DNA of 64,000 nucleotides from Ranitomeya imitator (taxonomy: Eukaryota), in NCBI RefSeq assembly GCF_032444005.1, contig NC_091286.1:167400001-167464000 (forward strand), read 5' to 3'. The notes beneath the pieces are model-generated. The model was given only the letters and a program-made list of their open reading frames with translations, did not search any database and had not been told where the DNA came from. A program made the translations under genes and the position numbers. Below, in pieces: positions 61,010 through 64,000 of this stretch (its first letter is position 1; every line of letters starts with the position of its first letter).

Positions 61010-61957
61010 TTGAAATAGTGTTTGCTCCCTTCCTCATTTCCTATTCTTTTTCATGTTTGTCACACTTAAATCTTTCAGATCTCCAAACCAATTTAAATAT
61101 TAGATAAAGATGACTGAAGTAAACACAAAATGTAGTTTTTAAATTGAGGTCTTTATTTTTTCGGGAAAAAATTCCAAACCTACAGGGCCCTGTGTGGAAA
61201 AATTGTTTATCCCTGCCTTCACCACACCCTCCAAAAAAACAACCCAAAAACATAATTTAACTGTGGCTTATCACATCTTGGGAAGCGGAGTTTTTTATTT
61301 TTCCATCAATGTGGCCATGTGAGGGCTTACTTTTTGCGAAACAAGTAGTACTTTTGAAAGACATCATTGGTTTTAATATGTCGTGTACTAGAAAACGGGA
61401 AAAAAGTTCCAAGTGCGGTGAAATTGCAAAAAAAGTGCAATCCCACACTTGTTTTTTGATTGGCTTTTTTACTAGGTTCACTAAATGCTAAAACTGATCT
61501 GCCATTATGATTCTCCAGGTCATTACGAGTTCATAGACACCAAACATGTCCAGGTTATCTAAGTGGTGAAAAAAAATTCCAAACTTTGTTAGAAAAAAAA
61601 TTAAAAAAAAAGCGCCATTTTCCGATACCCGTAGCGTTTCCATTTTTCATGATCTGGGGTTGGTTGAGGGCTTATTTTTTGCGTGCTGATCTGGCGTTTT
61701 TAATGATAGCATTTTGGTGCAGATAGGTTATTTTGATCGCCCGTTATTGCATTTTAATGCTATATTGCGGCGACCAAAAAAACGTAATTCTGGCGTTTCA
61801 AATTTCTTTCTCGCTACGCCATTTAGCGATCAGGTTAACCCTTTTTTTTTTTATTGATAGATCGGGCGATTCTGAACGCGGCAATACCAAATATTTGTAG
61901 GTTTGATTTTTTATTTTTTTTATTGATTTATTTTGAATGGGGCGAAAGGGGGGTGAT
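61010..61957. mobile_element. Tc1 end fragment (~61010-61285) joined to a family-F fragment (~61286-61957)
   Basis: The F part is the reverse complement of 32210-32860. The Tc1 part was assigned by resemblance only. Confidence 0.6.
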
Positions 61958-61961
61958 TTAA

Positions 61962-64000
61962 CCCCTTTACCCCCAAGGGTCGTTTGCACGTTAATGACCG
62001 GGCCAATTTTTACAATTCTGACCACTGTCCCTTTATGAGGTTATAACTCTGGAACGCTTCAACGGATCCCAGTGATTCTGACAATGTTTTCTTGTGACAT
62101 ATTGTACTTCATGATAGTGGTAAAATTTCTTTGATATTACCTAGGTTTATTTGTGAAAAAAACGGAAATTTGGTGAAAATTTTGAACATTTTGCAATTTT
62201 CCAACTTTGAATTTTTATGCAATTAAATCACAGAGATATGTCACACAAAATACTTAATAAGTAACATTTCCCACATGTCTACTTTACATCAGCACAATTT
62301 TGGAACCAAAATTTTTTTTTGTTAGGGAGTTATAAGGGTTAAAAGTTGACCAGCAATTTCTCATTTTTACAACACCATTTTTTTTAGGGACCACATCTCA
62401 TTTGAAGTAATTTTGAGGGGTCTATATGATAGAAAATACCGAAGTGTGGCACCATTCTAAAAACTGCACCCCTCAAGGTGCTCAAAACCATATTCAAGAA
62501 GTTTATTAACTCTTCTGGTGCTTCACAGGAATTTTTGGAATGTTTAAATAAAAATGAACATTTAACTTTTTTTCACAAAAAATTTACTTCAGCTCCAATT
62601 TGTTTTATTTTACCAAGGGTAAATTGGACCCCAAAAGTTGTTGTACAATTTGTCCTGAGTACACCGATACCCCATATGTGGGGGTAAACCACTGTTTGGG
62701 CGCATGACAGAGCTCGGAAGCGAAGGAGCGCCATTTGACTTTTCAATGCAAAATTGACTGGAATTGAGATGAGACACCATGTTGCGTTTGGAGAGCCCCT
62801 GATGTGCCTAAACATTGAAACCCCACATAAGTGACACCATTTTGGAAAGTAGACCCCCTAAGGAACTTATCTAGAGGTGTGGTGAGCACTTTGACCCACC
62901 AAGTGCTTTACAGAAGTTTATAATGCAGAGCCGTAAAAATAAAACAAACATTTTTTCCCACAAAAATTATATTTTAGCCCCCAGTTTTGTATTTTCCCGA
63001 GGGTAACAGGAGAAATTGGACCCCAAAATTTGTTGTCCAATTTGTCCTGAGTGCGCTGATACCCCATATGTGGGGGGGGGGGGGGGGGGGAACCACTGTT
63101 TGGGTGCATGGGAGGGCTCGGAAGGGAAGGAGCGCCATTTGGAATGCAGACTTAGATGGAATGGTCTGCAGGTGTCACATTGCGTTTGCAGAGCCCCTAA
63201 TGTACCTAAACAGTAGAAACCCCCCACAAGTGACACCATTTTGGACAGTAGACCCCCTAAGGAACTCATCTAGATGTGTTGTGAGAGCTTTGAACCCCCA
63301 AGTGTTTCACTACAGTTTATAATGCAGAGCCGTGAAAATAAAAAATCTTTTTTTTTCCCACAAAAATTATTTTTTAGCCCCCAGTTTTGTATTTTCCCAA
63401 GGATAACAGGAGAAATTGGACCGACCCCAAAAGTTGTTGTCCAATTTGTCCTGAGTACGCTGATACCCCATATGTTGGGGTAAACCCCTGTTTGGGCATA
63501 CGGGAGAGCTCGGAAGGGAAGGAGCACTGTTTTACTTTTTCAACGCAGAATTGGCTGGAATTGAGATCGGACGCCATGTCGCATTTGGAGAGCCCCTGAT
63601 GTGCCTAAACAGTGGAAACCCCCCAATTATAACTGAAAGCCTAATCCAAACACACCCCTAACCCTAATCCCAACCCTATTCCTAACCGTAAATGTAATCT
63701 AGACCCTAACCCTAACTTTAGCCCCAACCCTAACCCTAGCCCTAGCCCTAATGGGTAAATGGAAATAAATACATTTTTTGAATTTTTTCCCTAACTAAGG
63801 GGGTGATGAAGGGGAGTTTGATTTACTTTTATAGCGGGTTTTTTAGCGGATTTTTATGATTGGCAGCCGTCACAAACTGAAAGACGCTTTTTATTGCAAA
63901 AAATATTTTTTGCGTTACCACATTTTGAGAGCTATAATTTTTCCATATTTTAATCCACAGAGTCATGTGAGGTCTTGTTTTTTGCGGGACGAGCTTACGT
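61962..64000 (+). mobile_element. piggyBac-like non-autonomous element, copy E (runs off the window)
   Basis: TTAA|CCCCTTTACCCCCAAGGG, about 3 array units, and a CCCTAA tract at ~63640-63752. Confidence 0.88.

Overview
This is vertebrate genomic DNA, most likely from a frog (inferred from the repeat content). It lies inside the MEMO1 gene on the + strand. Two coding exons (416-527 and 51828-51970) splice in frame (…TAKTME-S-HKDEF…) across a 51,300-bp intron made almost entirely of nested transposons. These include: a full-length L1 with target-site duplication (TSD), a V-SINE and L2 fragments; a young, near-intact Ngaro-type tyrosine-recombinase retrotransposon; four Penelope-like pieces; CR1 and Gypsy-type LTR remnants; many Tc1 copies; hAT, Harbinger and T2/Kolobok MITEs; Helitron-like elements; and five copies of a TTAA-targeting, piggyBac-like non-autonomous family that carries a ~390-bp tandem array and a telomere-like tract. 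The most interesting signal is in the Ngaro element (26369-31913, minus). Its SGNH-hydrolase ORF has no start codon. Instead it begins at a textbook splice acceptor that is in phase with a GTGAGT donor early in the gag frame, which suggests an env-like spliced mRNA. Its RNase H has lost three of four catalytic acidic residues without any break in the frame. All of this was read by eye; no alignment or database search was run.
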